64,000 nucleotides of DNA, from contig CM075977.1 of the NCBI GenBank assembly GCA_038087875.1, positions 114,142,001 to 114,206,000 on the forward strand, read 5' to 3'. The notes beneath the pieces were generated by a model. The model worked only from the letters and a program-made list of their open reading frames with translations. It had not been told where the DNA came from and made no database searches. Positions 24,945-37,070 of the stretch are shown in pieces. Numbering within the stretch: the stretch's first letter is position 1; each line of letters opens with the position of its first letter. Source of the DNA: Malacoraja senta (lineage: Eukaryota). The position numbers and the translations under genes are program-made.

Positions 24945-25700
24945 TTAGTTTATCATCATGTGAAAAGCTATTGTGTTGTGAGCTATCCAGTCAGCGGAAA
25001 GACTATACAAGATTACAATCAAGCCATCCACAATGTACAGATACAGGATAAAGAGAATAAAGTTTTGGGCAAGATTAAGTCCAGTTAGTCCAACTAAAGA
25101 TAGTCCGAGGGTCTCCAATGAGGTCTCCAATGGTAGCTCAGAAATACACTGTAGTTGGTGATAGGATGGTTCAGTTGCCTGATAACAGCTGGGAAGAAAC
25201 TCTCTGAATCTGGAGGTATGTGTTTTCACATTTCTGTATCTCGAATACTATTATTCAGTTATTTTGTATTAGTTTTCTCAGTCTTCCAGGAAGTGAGAAA
25301 AAAATGATTTACCAGTGCATAATGTATATTATTTCCTGCTGTTTGCCACCCTTACAGTTCCTCAAGCAACCAAAGGGTATAATTTGGCAAGAAGTATTTT
25401 ATGAGACTTTTGTTTCACTGGGTAACTTTCATTCAAACAGGTAAACTAACCTTCACCAATAAGGTTGTATAATATGCCCTTGCCAATCAATTTTAGAAAT
25501 ATTTACAGCATTAATATGGCTCCTCAGCTCTCTACATAGAGAGTTTACACTGTAAATGGATCGATTGTAATCTTGTATTGTCTTTCTGCTGACTGGTTAG
25601 CACGCAACAAAAGCTTTTCACTGTACCTCGCTACACGTTACACGTTACCGTTTTCATCGGTACACGTGACAATAAACTAAACTGAACTGAATTGAACTGA
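24945..25700. mobile_element. Two Rex/Babar-type LINE 3' tails (about 24945-25245 minus; 25540-25700 plus)
   Basis: KTHTSRF..SFFPAVIRQLN remnant; GCAACAAAAGCTTTTCACTGTACCTCG...GACAATAAACTAAACTGAAC tail. Confidence 0.7.
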
Positions 25701-25972
25701 GAGGTGTTTATTAAACAATTGCTTTTCTGTAGTATGTTACTGAAAAATAAATTTGTAAATATATCTATCGGTGGCATTTTTCTTATTATCAATGTTTAAC
25801 CTTAGATTTTCTTTGCTTTATCTCGGGTCTCTTTAATTGTATTCCAAGTTGGCTAGATTGTCTTCAGTTGTCCACCTCTGACCTTTTTGCAATGCATAAT
25901 TATACATCCAATCGCTATTCTCGAGGTCCGTTCCAAGTAACAATCAGCAATGAACATTTTCAAAAAAGTGAG
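25358..25972 (+). other. Two candidate phase-compatible coding exons (25358-25440 and 25849-25972) of an unidentified gene
   Basis: AG/GT boundaries with pyrimidine tracts; the joined frame is open. The peptide is not recognised. Confidence 0.2.
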
Positions 25973-27532
25973 GTATATATTTATAACCATTGACTTGTCC
26001 ATCCAATATCCACCAAACACAACACCTATATGTACATCGTTGCAATTTAGATACACACAAACATGAATAGTCACAGTCTTACCATTTACTGGTTAAAACC
26101 CATTGCCCGCTTGGAAATGTTACTTCATCCAATTATAATGATACATAAAATATGCTATACAAGGAGCAGGATATCTGTAAGAACTTCTGTCCCCTGGCTC
26201 CTTCTCCATCAATATGCAATTATGAACGGAATTGACCCTTGACATATTTAATGGCATGATGCACCGAATTACATCTGATATCCTGATGCTGTCTCCTGCA
26301 AGAGAGTTGTTAAGTGTAATTGGACAAGGAGCATGAGTTGGGAGGAATACTGATTCAAATCCAGAAAAGAATTTCATTGACAATAATAGGTTCACCATCT
26401 TTAGAGTTTATCTTATATGATCTCTAACATTCTTCGGTCTCTTCTTATGACTGCAATAATTAAATGGAATTTTGTGGAACCTCTTCTTAAGTACATAAAT
26501 GGCTTTCAGATGGCTTAATATCAATGGAAAAGGTGCAATGCTGACAATTTTACAGCAATATTATCACTCTCTAAACTACAATCTCACTCCTACAAATTAC
26601 AATGAACATATCATCATGAGATTAAAATATATCTGGTTGCTATGTTTAGTGAATTTATAAATACATTTTTGTAAATAACATTCAATATTTTATCAATATA
26701 TTTAAATAGAATTTTATGTCCTGCACAGATAATGCAAAAAATATTACATAACCTTTTGATTTGAAAAAGCATGGACTGCTGCATGTTAATAATTTTTATC
26801 ATTAGTATACACAGCACATTATCATCAGTATGTTTACTACAGAATTTCGATTTCAGCTTATTCTGGTCTGCAAATCAGAATGCAAGAATTGTGGCATTGT
26901 CACATTGATCAATAATATTCAATTTTAATCTCTTGCTTAGCTTAAACTAAATGAGAATTTCAATTATTTTCAACGACTTTCTCACTTAAGAATTTGCACT
27001 CAGACATGTTCCCAATGTCTGATACCCAGATATTAGATAAAAATGCCACAAGCATCAGATTATTTGCAATGAGTGGAAACCTTTCTTCACGTTGTCTGGG
27101 ATGATGTGAAGAATATTCACCACAGTTTAAGTCATTGCCTTCAAGAAAGCAAAGGTAAGCAAGCAAAAGTTTATGCAGAGTTGATAAATATCCAGATTTT
27201 GTTTGTTCCCAGAAGTTACCTATATAAGTCTTTGTGGTTGTTTATTATCAAAGTGCTGTAAACACACCACCCTGTAGATGCATGAAACCAACTCATTTCC
27301 TCCAGAGTCATGTAAAATTAATCAAATTTCACTCCTATATTCTGGAGTATATGTGGTTTGGTGAAAGCTCAGCAGTATATTTTTTTCACAAAGATTACAC
27401 TCAAAGGAGTGTTTAAAAAAAAAAGTTAAAGTTAAATTCTCTATGTAAGAAAATTGTCACAAATGGGAGCAACAAAATATATAACAGGTGCGATTGAATA
27501 GTTGAGAAAGAAACTGAGGAACAGTGAAGAGG

Positions 27533-28075
27533 GGTGTAGGAAGGAACTGCAGATGCTGGTTTAAACCGAAGATGGAGAAAGTGCTGGAGTAACTCAGAGG
27601 GACAGGCAGCATTTCTGGAGAGAGGAATGGGTGAGGGGTGAATAACGAGATAAGGAAGTGTAAGGTGTGGGAACAAGACATCAAAGGGGGTGAGGGTCAA
27701 AGAAAATGTAGAATTGATCATTGTTAGCTTGGATAAGGTAACAACAAAGCAAACAGAGATAAAATGTAATCAGGGACAGTCAGACTAGTCAGAGAACTGG
27801 GAAGGGGGAGGGATGGAGAGAGATGGAGAGCATGGGTTACTTGAAGTTAGAGAAGTCAATGTTCATACCGCTGGGGTGTAAGCTGCCCAAGCGAAATATG
27901 ATGCGCTGTTCCTCCAATTTGCACTGGGCCTCACTCTGACAATGGAGGAGGCGCAGGACAGAAAGGTCAGTGTGGGAATGGGAGTGGGAGTTAAAGTGTT
28001 TAGCAACTGGGAGATCTGATAGGTTTAGGACGGAAGTATTCAGCGAAACAATCGGCGAGTCTGCGCTTAGTCTCA
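27533..28075 (-). mobile_element. 5'-truncated Penelope-like element: GIY-YIG endonuclease C-terminus plus 3' pLTR
   Basis: ORF 27837-28076 DLPVAKHFNSHSHSHTDLSV...KLEEQRIIFRLGSLHPSGMNIDFSNFK is a typical PLE C-terminus. It is followed by the same GCTGCC...GAGTTACTCCAGCAC block as the short units. Confidence 0.85.
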
Positions 28076-29981
28076 CTCAAGGAAAAGTGAGTAAAAAAAA
28101 TAAATAAAGAAAAATATAAAAACATAAACCATCTGTAAGAACAATTACTACCTGTGGGAATGGCGTTTCACATTTAGATCATTCTTTACTTCACTGGAAG
28201 AACCTAATCGCTTTGACAAGTGGCACAATTCACAAGTACCTTACTCTGATTTACACAGCAATGCTGGGTGCTGTTAAACTATTCGTTTTTTTCCCAACAG
28301 ATTCTAGCTCATTGGTTGAATAATGAGGTAATGAAGCACATCGTCCCACCCCAGCTTGTATGTATTTGATTCAGCTTGAAACCTTTATATATAACCTATA
28401 CTCATTTGTCAATCTCTTTGCAATTGTCACGGGCAGTTTATAAGATTTACACTGAATCTGCTCGGATTGTGATGCAGTTGTGAGTTAAACAAATGATTCT
28501 GCTTGGAACATTCAAAAAAGAGAGGCAGGAGGTGTGTGAAAAGCCTTGCATTTGTCCGTCACAGAGTTTGTACTTCACCAAATACTGCAAGTAGGTTTAA
28601 ACAACATGTTTTTCCCCTCCTCTTCACCCTGCATTTCAAAAAAGGCTGATGGAACAATATAACTAGTGCAAAATGACATCTGGTGTTGATATTCCATATA
28701 GGATATGCCTTACAATAAAAAATTGTTAATCATGCAACATTTTATTGAGATTTTCATTATTAAAAGCACTTCATTTTTATCTATGTGATTTAAAACTAGT
28801 CTAATGTTAAACAAAGGGAAATAAAACAATTGCTCTTTTGCATCTGTTATACAAATGTGTCCATGCATACTATTTGTTTTACATCATTAGCTTGCATAAT
28901 TAGATTACAGATTACTTGTTTGAATTTTTGTTATCGTTCTGAAGGAAGATTTCCAGATTTCTTGACTTGCAATAGGTACTGAGGTGATAGATTATGTTGG
29001 TTAATGTCTGTAGGATGGCCATACCAAAAGGAAGTGGAGAGAGCTGATAATCTTTATTACTAAAAGCAAGGCCCTGTTCCCAACTGATGTCATCGTGGTT
29101 TTTCCACAGGAAGGTTCACTTTCATTGTTGAGTCTCCCATTGGTGCAAGAATACTCAGATACTGGATGAAATACAGAACGTCCATTTCTACCACTAAAAC
29201 TATATTGACCAGTCAGAAATCGTAACTCAAAACTACTTAATCAAAGCTTTTTGTTCTGATTTCATAACACGGAATAAATTCAAAAAGATCCGACTCATTT
29301 TGGTTGTACCTCGCAGATGAGCGTTTGGGCCAGAGTTTCATAGAATATTATTTTAAGTGTGTAGGCATCAACTTTTGATATTTTGTACATTGCTACAACT
29401 TTCTCTACAGAAAATGTTCCTTACTTTCACGTCTATCGCAGATGTTCCAAATGGTCTTGTAATATTACAAATGCTTTGCAAATGAGGTGGCATTTCTTAA
29501 TTTAAGAAAACAAAACTACCCAGGAAGGACTAAATGTATGGAAATATTTTAGTGTTGTTTACTTTTCAACAGTAGCTTATAAAAAAAGAATATAATAGAC
29601 AGATTAAGCTGTTTAATGTTCCAGTCATATGTCTTTTATTGGTACTTTGCAAACTTGGTTAAAAAGATATCCTGTTTGTTGCAGATGCTGGTGTAAGAAA
29701 GCATCATGATGCATCGCTGCACAACGAGGATTGTTAGAAATATTCATTGTGGGCAATGTTAGCAGGTATTTATTTTTGTTTGCTTGCAGATCATTTTACA
29801 AAAGCACTCATGCTCTCTTGCATTAAAATTATAGCCACATTACTCCCTAGATATTACCCAGAAACACTTGGAGGCTCTTAATGATTAATGCCATCACCGT
29901 CCAGCCACAAACCTTTCTGCTGCAGATAATGCCAGGCAGCAAGCACGCTTGACACTTTTAATGTATAATTAAGTAGAAAAA

Positions 29982-30201
29982 NNNNNNNNNNNNNNNNNNN
30001 NNNNNNNNNNNNNNNNNNNNNNNNNNNNNNNNNNNNNNNNNNNNNNNNNNNNNNNNNNNNNNNNNNNNNNNNNNNNNNNNNNNNNNNNNNNNNNNNNNNN
30101 NNNNNNNNNNNNNNNNNNNNNNNNNNNNNNNNNNNNNNNNNNNNNNNNNNNNNNNNNNNNNNNNNNNNNNNNNNNNNNNNNNNNNNNNNNNNNNNNNNNN
30201 N
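29982..30201. other. Assembly gap (220 N)
   Basis: Run of N. Confidence 1.
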
Positions 30202-32924
30202 TGCACTTTCTCCACCTCACACCCTCGACTACTAATTCCCAGAGAGGGGGAAAATAAATTTGCTTGTCTCTCCATTGACTGCAGAAATTAATTGCTGAAA
30301 TCGTGTCCCATCCAAGTGTTACATTCACTCACAGGACATTAACATAACTAATTTGAAAGAACCCAATGACTGAATAATAGAACGCTGTCATTGTGCGTGA
30401 CAGTCTTTGGTCATAGAAAAATTACTCTTATTTTCCTACAGAAGATATTTCTCCGGCCTTTTTATATATTTTTTCTCTTTGCCATTCATTATTGATAAGC
30501 ACAAAGGTTTTATAAACTACAAACGAACGCTTGACCTATAATTACAGGGAGGAAATTAGGGGAAGTTTAAAAGTCAGATTTTAGTCAAGGTAATGATGCT
30601 GGAGAACTCTCACTCTCTGGGGAGCTGAAGAATAATGGAATCTCCTATTTTTGCGGGCGACCTATGCAGTGGCACTGCTGCAAATCCACTTTACCCCACA
30701 GATCACATTGTTAACCCGAAGAATGCCAGCAAAATTCTAGTTTGACATTCGGGGAAGTTGCCCTTTTAACGTTGATGCCAGGCATCCTACTTTGACAATG
30801 AATAGGGAGTAAAATGGCACTTTCCTTTACAGCCCAGCGGTAGAAATCAATGCCAAACCTATCAATAATTCTGGACTGAAGGAGCAAACTTCCATTTAGT
30901 TTCAAAGAGAATCTATATATTTAAGAATAAAACATATTATACCTAACAATTAGGCTGGCTTGATTAGCTACAGAGGATTTAATAGCTTGCATATGTTGTT
31001 TGGAATCTGATTGTAAGAGACCTGATGACACTGAACTATTACCATACCATCTCTATAAAACAATAACATACACACTTCCTTTTGACACTTCTAATTGATT
31101 TGTTGATTTTTGGTTTCCTGATGAAATGCATATATGAATGGTAAATTCTCATGTATGCTCTAATTTTTACTCTATTCTCACTTGGGATTCATTATTACTT
31201 TCCTTCCACAATCTGGTCAAGTTAAGGACTTTGTCCTACAAGGGAAAATGCTCCTTGACAAAAAGGCGAATAAGAATCAGAAAAGGCCATTTAATTCGAA
31301 AGATAGACACAAAGTGCTGGAGTAACTCAGTTCAGTTTAGTTTATTGTCCTGTGTATCAAGGTTCAGTGAAAAGCTTTTGTTGCATGCTAACCACTCAGC
31401 GGGCCAGGCAGCATCTCTGGAGAAAAGGAATAGGTGATGTTTCAGGTCGAGAACCATCTTCAGACCATTTTCAGAGTCTTATGGGGGGGAGAGGGTGGGG
31501 GGGAGAACAGAGTTTGGGGATGCTGATGGAGGGAGATGGGAGTGACAACTGTGACACCCAATGAGTGTTAGGCATCATAAATTCAAGTGGAAGAAGTCCT
31601 CCATAGGGTACAGTGGTGCATCCACTTTATTTTAAAATGTATTCGTGACCCTTGCTCACATTTAAAGGTTGGTGCTATTCTGGTCTATTTTGAATAAAGG
31701 GCACTGTTCATATTTTTCTTTAATTATGTTTTTCTGGTAAACCCGGCCATGCATTCCATCCTGCATGTGTGTGTGTTCAATCTACTCAGTGTGCTATAAT
31801 CCTCGAGATATAACACCCACAAATGGACAGCTAGATATATTGAAATCTCCAAAGATGGGACTATCTGGTGACCACCTAATTCCTTTCTCTTCAGTAATCC
31901 TTGTCAGGGACAGATGAAGGCACTTTCCCTTCAGGATACTGTAGAATCCCAAAAACGAGATTGGCAGTGGCATAGCTGTAGCCCAACCTTTGATTCCTGG
32001 TGGAGTTACAACAGGCAATCGGGAGGTCGTGATCATTTTACTCAAAATTTGTAGCAAATATGGGGCAGTTGTTTTGGATCATCAAATGAAATAATATATT
32101 TGCACAATTAACAGGAAATAAGAAACATTCTAGAAGAAGATGTACTGGGAAGATCGAAAAAAATCTTCCATTTAGTCCCTTGAATAGATTTCTCTGAAAG
32201 CCCAATGTAAATCACCACCTAGATAATTTCATAGTTATACAGCATGGAAACAGGCCCTGTGGCCCAACTCATCCCTGTCAACCAAGATACCCCATCTACG
32301 CTAGTCCCATTTGTCAAGGTTTGTCCAATATCTCTCTCTCTTCATTTCTATCTATGTAGATGTCCAAATGTACCTCTCCACATACTTCCTCTGGCAGCTC
32401 ATTCCATATACCTATGTATGAAACAGTTGCCCCTCAGATTCTATTTAATCTTTCACCTCTCATCTTAATCCTATGCTCTTTAGTTCTTCATTCCCTTACC
32501 CTGCCAAAAAACTGTATAGACCTCTATAAAATCACCCTGTGGCCTCCTGTCCACATCAAGGTAGATTTGGAGATTGTAACTGCATCCTTAGTTTATGAGA
32601 TGTCTGCTCACTTGGGAAGGGAACAGCACAAAATAAGTAGTTCCTGGTGCAGGTGGTATACACTTTCAAGCTTTTGAACCTTTTGCCTGAGGGGAGATGG
32701 CCAGGTTGTGAGTGGTCCTTGATTATTGGCTGCTTCCTGAGGCATCGTGGACAGTCATTGGAGGGGGGGGAGGGGTGGGGGAGGCTGGTTAGCGTGATGG
32801 ACTGGACTGCATCCATTACTCTCTGGAATTTAGTTTAGTGTTGAGATACATCATGGAAACCGGCCCCTTAGCCCACCAAGCTCACACTGACCATTGAACA
32901 TCCATTCACATTAGCTCAATGCCA

Positions 32925-34381
32925 TCCCTTAAAGAAACCTGGTCTTGATCCCTCCTCTCTCATTAACTACCGCCCTATCTCAAACCTCCCCTTTCTTTCA
33001 AAAACCCTGGAGCGTATCGTCGCGTCGCAACTTCATTCCCACCTCCTCGCATATAACCTATTCGAACCCCTCCAATCTGGCTTTCGCCCCCTCCATAGCA
33101 CAGAAACTGCTCTCCTCAAAGTCCTCAATGACCTCCTTACCTCTGCTGACACTGGCTCCCTCAATATCCTCATCCTCCTCGACCTGAGTGCAGCCTTCGA
33201 TACCGTCAACCACAACATCCTGCTCACCAGACTTAGGGACCTTGGCATTGAAGGTTCTGCACTCAGCTGACTCCGTTCCTACCTTTCCAACCGATCCCAC
33301 TTCATCTCTCTCCATAACCACACCTCTGCCACAGCCACTGTCACTCAAGGCGTTCCCCAAGGCACCGTTCTTGGTCCCCTCCTCTTCATCATCTACATCC
33401 TCCCCCTTGGTCATATACTCCGTCACTTCAACCTGGACTTCCACTGCTATGCTGATGACACCCAGATCTATCTCAGCACCAAGTCCCCCCACCACCCCCC
33501 TCTCTCCCATATCAACTCCTGCCTATCAGCCATCAAATCTTTGATGCAACTCAACTTCCTTAAATTAAACAGTAGCAAAACAGAATTTCTCCTCATTGGC
33601 TCCAAATCAACACTCACTAAAATTAACAACCCCACTCTCACTATTGACGGCACCACTGTCTCCCCATCTCCTCAGGCCCGCAACCTTGGCGTGATCTTTG
33701 ACTCAACCCTCTCCCTTGAGCCTCACATCCGCCATGTGGTCAAAACATCATTTTTTCACCTCCGCAACATTGCAAAAATCAGATCCTCTCTCACACCCCC
33801 CGCTGCTGAAAGACTGATCCATGCCTTCATCTCCTCCCGACTGGACTACTGTAACTCTCTTCTTTTCGGAATCAATTCCAGCAGCATCAACCGACTCCAA
33901 CTGGTTCAAAATGCAGCCGCTCGACTCATTACCCACACCAAATCCTGGCATCACCCACCGGATCACCTACAAAATCCTGGTCCTCACCTACAAAGCCCTC
34001 AACAACCTGGCCCCCCCTTATCTCATTGACCTCCTCTCCCCCTACCAAACCTCACGGTCCCTCAGATCCACATCAGCTGGTCTCCTCTCCACTCCGAAAG
34101 CAAACCTCTGCACTTTTGGAGGCAGAGCCTTCTCCAGGGCAGCTCCCAGGCTCTGGAATTCCCTCCTACAACCGGTCCAAAATTCTGAGTCCCTCACCAT
34201 CTTCCAGTCTCGCCTCAAGACCCATCTCTTCACCTCTGCATACCCTTAGTCCCATGTTCCCCTCCCCTTTGTCTTACTGCTCTATTTTGTTCTGTTTATT
34301 CCTGACTCTCAATGTAAAGCGACTTTGAGTCCTGAAAAGCGCTATATAAATAAAATCTATTATTATTATTATTATTATTAT
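32925..34381 (+). mobile_element. 5'-truncated L2 LINE (RT plus 3' end) inserted in a minus-strand V-SINE (about 32830-32925 and 34410-34605)
   Basis: QSGFRPLHSTETALLKV, LLDLSAAFDTVNH, GVPQGTVLGP, CYADDTQIY, SRLDYCNSLL, FQSRLKTHLF; (TAT)n tail. One stop and one frameshift. Confidence 0.92.
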
Positions 34382-36630
34382 CCCGCCTTCCCACTTTTTT
34401 CACATTTGGGCAATTTACAGAATCCAATTAACCTTCGAACTCGCACGTCTTTGGGACATGGGAGGAAACCAGAGCACCCAGAGAAAACCCACACGGTCAC
34501 AGGGAGAATGTGCAATCTCTACACAGACAGCACTTGCGGTCAAGATCAAACACAGGTCTCTGTTGCCGCGAGGGAGCAGCTCAACCAACTCCACCACTGT
34601 GCCCCTGTCTGTGCTGAGCAGTTGCCATCCAAGGTGTGATTGCATCCTAACAGGATTCCTTCTTGTCTGAAGAAGGGTTCCGACTTGAAAGGTCACCCAT
34701 CATTTTTCTCCAGAGTTGCTGCCTGACTCGCTGAGTTACTCCAGCACTTTGTGCCTATCTAGGATTCTTTCCACAGTGCATCTGTGGTGATTGGTAAGAG
34801 CTATTGGAGACATGCTGAATTTGTTTAATTTTCTGAGGAATAGAAAAATTGGTGAGATTTATGCCTCAGGACCCAAAGCTCTCCACCATCTCCACTTCAG
34901 TACTGTTGCTCTCGATTACACCACCCCCCTTCTTGAAGTCAATAACAAGCTCCTTTGTTTTGCTGACATTGAGGAAGATGTTTTGGTCTTGACACCAGGC
35001 GACTATCTCCTTTCTATCTCCTTTCTGTGCTCCATCACAACCTCGTTCGCGATCCAAGCCACAATGGTGGTGTCATCTGCAGCTGTAAATGGAATTAGAG
35101 TAGGGAGACATAAAATAAAATGGTGAGAAAAGAACAAGATATCAGTAATATGAATCAGCAAGAAGAATAACAATTACATTGCATCTTTAATGCATTAACA
35201 TTATAAAATCTTCCCACACATTTCAGATGAGCGTTGCCAAAAACACATTGACAGATATTAAGGCAGTGAGTGGAATACTTCTAAAACAGTGCAATAAAAT
35301 ATAAATTCAGGAATCCCAATTATCTTAGTGCCTCAGATTATCTGCTAAATTATTCACAAAACTTGGAAATTATCATTTTTTCTTGCAAAAGTCATGGTTT
35401 TGGATTGTAGACAAATGAACAGTTCATTGCTATATATCAAAGACCTTGGAGATGACATGATATGCATCAATGTAAATGTTTTTACTAGAAAATCCCATAC
35501 AGGCAGATAAACATTCAAATTAGGGAAAATGCAATTAAATATCTTATCATAAGATTTGATGAATCAAGATGGCACAACGGGGTAACTGTATGTTGACATT
35601 ATACATCATGCTGCAGCTTGCTGGTAAAACAATTGGACCACTCCTAATTAAATGAAATAGATAAGGTTGGAGATACACAACAGGTCAGGCAACATCTATG
35701 GAGGGAAATAGAAAGTTTGTTTCAGGTCAATGATTTCTCATCAGAGCCTGGTGCTACCTGTTGAGTATCTCTGACATTTACTGTTTTTATTTCACGTTTC
35801 CAGAATATGTTTATTTTATTTGTTTTTGGATTACTAGTATCATAATTGTTACATGTTTTTATTCATTCTTCTCAGTAATTGTATTTTCCATTATCTTAAA
35901 ATATGATTTTAAATTTAATTTAGAAAAAAACAAGGCTTGTTTGAAAATATTATTGATTTTATCAATTGGATTGTCACATTATGTACTAACTTTTACTTCA
36001 TTTCCTCAACCATTTAAAAACTATGGGTTGGACATTACTTAGGCAACAGTAAAACAAAGACACATCTTGTAATCTCAGCAAGTGTGATGTGCAGAATTTC
36101 AAATTTAACGTCATTAGTATTTAACTAGCTAGGTAACGGATTATTTTGTTTATCTTCAGCTCTAAAGTATTTGGTTTTTTTTCTAAATAGGATTCCTTGA
36201 AGCAACATTAAATTAAAGTGCCATGTACAGAGGAAAATATCAGTGCATGTGTGCACACAGAGCAGATGGAGGAAATAAAATGCAGTTAACAACACACCTC
36301 TTGCTGTTTTATTGATTTCTGATTAGAAACTCCATAAACTTCAATAACCATAGTAAAAAAACGCATTTAATGATGCCTTTCATAAACTTGCAATGTCTCA
36401 AATGGCTTTCGGGGCAATGAAGTAATGTCAATGTGCATAAATAAATTGTCTCTCTTTATCCTAATGTTATAAATATTGCATAGAATTCTGAAAGCAAACA
36501 GATAGTTTAAAATATTTAGCTGGATAGTTGTAAAATTCGAACCAACGGGCTTATAGAGACTAAGAAATACAGACACACAAAATGGTGCACAAAACAAATT
36601 TGAGGTATTTAACTAATAATTAGTTTATGA

Positions 36631-37070
36631 GCAGCGGGCAGTGGGCAGTGGGCAGGTGCTATAGACCTGCATGGGAAGGTAGACGCTCCCGCCCCCACGA
36701 GTCTCGGGCAGATGGGGCTCGTCAGCCTGGGAAGGCAGTCCATCTTGGAGAGGGAAAACTCTGATTTAAAACCTCCACTGCCTTGTGGCCATATCCAGTC
36801 ATGGAAAAGGCTCCTGGAATAAACCTCAAGAAAATCTGGAGTTGGAGCCCCTAAGGCAGTTCGTCGTTGTCTACAACCTCGCTCTGGCAGCTCCTGCAAC
36901 GGCGCTGGTGCCAAACTGTAACGGCCCTGCTGTTCCTTTGGATCGATCAGCGACGTGGAGAGGGGGGACGTGCTGCATGGGCAACAGCCTGTCCTCCATA
37001 TGACATCGCCCAGGCTTGAATCCGACCAGGATGCATCACCCATGGTCAGTCATGACTGAGGGGGGCTTAC
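36631..37070 (+). mobile_element. 440-bp non-autonomous RTE-derived element (RTE-like 5'UTR plus 3' tail, no ORF)
   Basis: Perfect 10-bp TSD TAGTTTATGA (36621-36630 / 37071-37080). GGCAGTCCATCTTGGAGAGGGAAAACTCTGATTTAAAACC resembles the RTE 5'UTR motif. Confidence 0.65.

Noticed and set aside
29958-30328. ORFs containing X runs
   Set aside because: They span the N gap.
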